Virus record (IMG/VR): IMGVR_UViG_2879765931_000001
Length of the DNA stretch: 30,734 nucleotides
Source: a virus
Taxonomy: Duplodnaviria; Heunggongvirae; Uroviricota; Caudoviricetes
Direction: 5' to 3' (one strand)
The translations under genes were made by a program, and so were the position numbers. Each line of letters begins with the position of its first letter. The stretch's first letter is position 1. The notes under the pieces were generated by a model that saw nothing but the letters and a program-made list of their open reading frames with translations, did not search any database and was not told where the DNA came from. Below are positions 27,460 through 30,734 of the stretch, piece by piece.

Positions 27460-27757
27460 ACGCACTCTCCCCACCATGACACACGACGAAATGGCAGCCA
27501 AATGGATGGAAGACCCGGCTTTTAAAGCAGAATACGACGCTATCGCTGACGAATTCGCACTGCTTGATGAAATGCTGGCAGCACGCAAAGAAGCTGGCTT
27601 AACTCAGGCTGAAGTTGCCGAGCGAATGGGAACAAAAGCGACCGCGATCACCAGAATGGAAAGTAATCTCGCATCAGGTATCAGCGGCCCATCATTTGCC
27701 ACACTAAAAAAATTCGCCCGCGCTACTGGAAAAAAACTCCAGATCCGCTTCGTTTAA
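27449..27757 (+). CDS. HTH-XRE family antitoxin (HigA-like)
   Basis: 102 aa; overlaps the toxin stop by 11 nt; HTH segment GLTQAEVAERMGTKATAITRMES; classic toxin-first HigBA-like arrangement. Confidence 0.8.
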   Translation: MTGKRTLPTMTHDEMAAKWMEDPAFKAEYDAIADEFALLDEMLAARKEAGLTQAEVAERMGTKATAITRMESNLASGISGPSFATLKKFARATGKKLQIRFV

Positions 27758-27971
27758 CCACACCGCGCCGTCATTCTGGCGGCGCACCGGATAAATAGTC
27801 ATTTCCTCGCACGATGTCTTAGCCACCGGATATCCCACAGGTGAGCCGTGTAGTTGAAGGTTTTTACGTCAGATTCTTTTGGGATTGGCTTGCGTTTATT
27901 TCTGGAGCGTTTCGTTGGAAGGTATTTGCAGTTTTCGCAGATGATGTCGGTGAAACTTCGTCGATGTCGCC

Positions 27972-28382
27972 TCATTCATACCTCCTGTCGGTAAATCTGA
28001 CACCCTGACCAATAGCCCAGGCTGTTGTGTACTCGATCAGACTTGCCATGCGCTTCACGCTCATCTGCGCGCTGCTTTCGCGAATGTTGACGCATTCTCC
28101 TTCAAGGCCGGGCAAAACATCAGCTTCCTGTTTTGTTGCCACTGCATGACCGCTGATCAACAAAACCTTCCATTGTTCTGGTTTTAACCATTTGCCGCAC
28201 CATTGAACCTGACGAGCGATATCCGCCAGCATCGCGTGAAATTTTGCGTTCTGGTCAAGATTTCGCTTGTAGTCAGTAATGCGGATGGTGACTGGCTTGT
28301 CTTTATCGAGAGGAGTTGAGAGGATGGCATTTATTGCGGCTTGCTGTTGTTGCTTAGTTCGGAGGAAGATTGTTTGCTTCAT
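27972..28382 (-). CDS. ninB: NinB (Orf family recombination mediator)
   Basis: 136 aa; ...[50 protein letters not shown]... matches lambda NinB/Orf. Confidence 0.8.
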   Translation of the reverse strand: MKQTIFLRTKQQQQAAINAILSTPLDKDKPVTIRITDYKRNLDQNAKFHAMLADIARQVQWCGKWLKPEQWKVLLISGHAVATKQEADVLPGLEGECVNIRESSAQMSVKRMASLIEYTTAWAIGQGVRFTDRRYE

Positions 28383-28672
28383 CGAAAATTCTTCTCTTTA
28401 ATTCCAGCGGCTCTGATAGCTTTCATTACTGCAATTACCGTTTTGTCCTTCCCATCCTCATGCCCCATCGCATAAGCACCTTCTTCACCATCTTTCCAAA
28501 AGTCGTCATTCGATTCGGGCCAGTCGATATCCAGTTCAATAGCTGCTCGCGATGCCTGCCATATCACCCAGGCAAACTCTTTTAATTCATCGTCTCCTGT
28601 GAACTGGCTTTTGTCTTTTGACCACCAGTTTTCAAACTGTCGGTAGCTATCGTTCACTTCCCTCTCCCCCAA
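28379..28672 (-). CDS. Hypothetical acidic 97-aa protein, translationally coupled to ninB
   Basis: ORF overlapping the ninB start by 4 nt; Trp/Asp-rich; no family recognised. Confidence 0.5.
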   Translation of the reverse strand: MGEREVNDSYRQFENWWSKDKSQFTGDDELKEFAWVIWQASRAAIELDIDWPESNDDFWKDGEEGAYAMGHEDGKDKTVIAVMKAIRAAGIKEKNFR

Positions 28673-28731
28673 ATAAAAAGGCCTGCGATTACCAGCAGGC
28701 CTGCTATTAGCTCAGTGATGTAGATGGTCAT

Positions 28732-28923
28732 TTAATACTCCGTCACGTTTTCCTGTCGCCACGCCTCGTCATATTCCGATTTCGGCATATTGGCGATGTA
28801 GCTATATGGCGATCCTGATTCAAGTTGCAGGAACTGGTGCGATTGCTCGTCAAGGAACAACGGAACACCACCTTCCCAACCTTCGCCGTTACGTTGTTTT
28901 TCAAGCATCAAAACAGATGCCGG
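28732..28923 (-). pseudogene. 5'-truncated ORF fragment abutting IS911
   Basis: The 68-codon track ORF begins inside the IS911 end; only the last ~63 codons are non-IS sequence; identity unknown. Confidence 0.3.
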
Positions 28924-28931
28924 TGAAGTGG

Positions 28932-30100
<1,169 letters not shown>

Positions 30101-30172
30101 TGGAGCACCTGTGTTGTTCTGAGGTGAGCATATCACCTCTGTTCAGGTGGCCAAATTCAGTGTGCCACTTCA

Positions 30173-30734
30173 AGCAAAATCAGAGGTAAGGAGATCAAGA
30201 CTTACGGCTGACGAATACCTGAAAATTTATCAAGCAGCAGAATCATCACCATGTTGGCTCAGACTTGCAATGGAACTGGCTGTTGTTACCGGGCAACGAG
30301 TTGGTGATTTATGCGAAATGAAGTGGTCTGATATCGTAGATGGATATCTTTATGTCGAGCAAAGCAAAACAGGCGTAAAAATTGCCATCCCTACAACATT
30401 GCATGTTGATGCTCTCGGGATATCAATGAAGGAAACACTTGATAAATGCAAAGAGATTCTTGGCGGAGAAACCATAATTGCATCTACTCGTCGTGAACCG
30501 CTTTCATCCGGCACAGTATCAAGGTATTTTATGCGCGCACGAAAAGCATCAGGTCTTTCCTTCGAAGGGGATCCACCTACCTTTCACGAGTTGCGCAGTT
30601 TGTCTGCAAGACTCTATGAGAAGCAGATAAGCGATAAGTTTGCTCAACATCTTCTCGGGCACAAGTCGGACACCATGGCATCACAGTATCGTGATGACAG
30701 AGGCAGGGAGTGGGACAAAATTGAAATCAAATAA
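30173..30734 (+). pseudogene. int: Lambda-type tyrosine integrase, 3' portion only (5' end replaced by IS911)
   Basis: From AKSEVRRSRLTADEYLKIYQAAESSPCWLRLAMELAVVTGQRVGDLCEMKW... to ...HELRSLSARLYEKQISDKFAQHLLGHKSDTMASQYRDDRGREWDKIEIK, essentially identical to my memory of the lambda Int C-terminal catalytic domain; homology begins exactly at the IS911 end. Confidence 0.85.

Noticed and set aside
26812-27588. Upper portion of the 276-aa minus-strand ORF (track 26758-27588)
   Set aside because: From about 27118 upward it is antisense to the clearly recognisable toxin and antitoxin genes and is low-complexity; only its last 18 codons (the rha start, 26811-26758) are real coding sequence.

Overview
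This window is one end of a defective, mosaic lambdoid prophage of Shigella / E. coli type, inserted at the lambda attB site next to host gene ybhB (1-477). All identifications below come from reading the sequence and ORF translations and from remembered protein families; no database search was run. The lambda att core (GCTTTTTTATACTAA, read on the minus strand) lies at 568-582 with a lambda-like P arm after it, so this is attR. Just inside the prophage is an IpaH-family type III effector gene (1060-2823, + strand) with a MxiE-box-like motif upstream. The rest of the late region runs on the minus strand: tfa-like, stf, lom, J, I, K, L, M, H, T/G, V, U, Z, FII, FI, E, D, then a short Nu3/C remnant. 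Several of these are broken: J by a 1-bp frameshift, H by a frameshift in a 9-nt homopolymer, and the major capsid gene E by an intact IS1 (18002-18769). Endolysin, spanins, cos, terminase, portal and most of C are absent; the phage-21-type pinholin S (20906-21121) is followed instead by a translationally coupled 209-aa ORF of unknown function. Upstream of S are four tightly packed tRNA genes (Ile-CAU, Arg-UCU, Thr-UGU, Gly-UCC), a tR'-like terminator, an 82/DLP12-type Q and ninH. The replication module is DnaB-like helicase, DnaC-like loader and an O-like initiator with internal iterons. The early operon begins with a Rha-family regulator that carries an in-frame amber codon at codon 18. Where cI/rex would sit, on the opposite strand, is a RelE/Gp49-family toxin plus HTH-XRE antitoxin pair (27130-27757). 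Beyond it lie ninB-like genes in an unexpected position and orientation, an IS911 copy (28924-30172) with no target duplication, and a 5'-truncated lambda-type int (30173-30734). No CRISPR array, rRNA or stx genes were seen. The most interesting candidates are the holin-coupled 209-aa ORF and the toxin-antitoxin pair at the immunity locus; neither is demonstrated to be a novel system.
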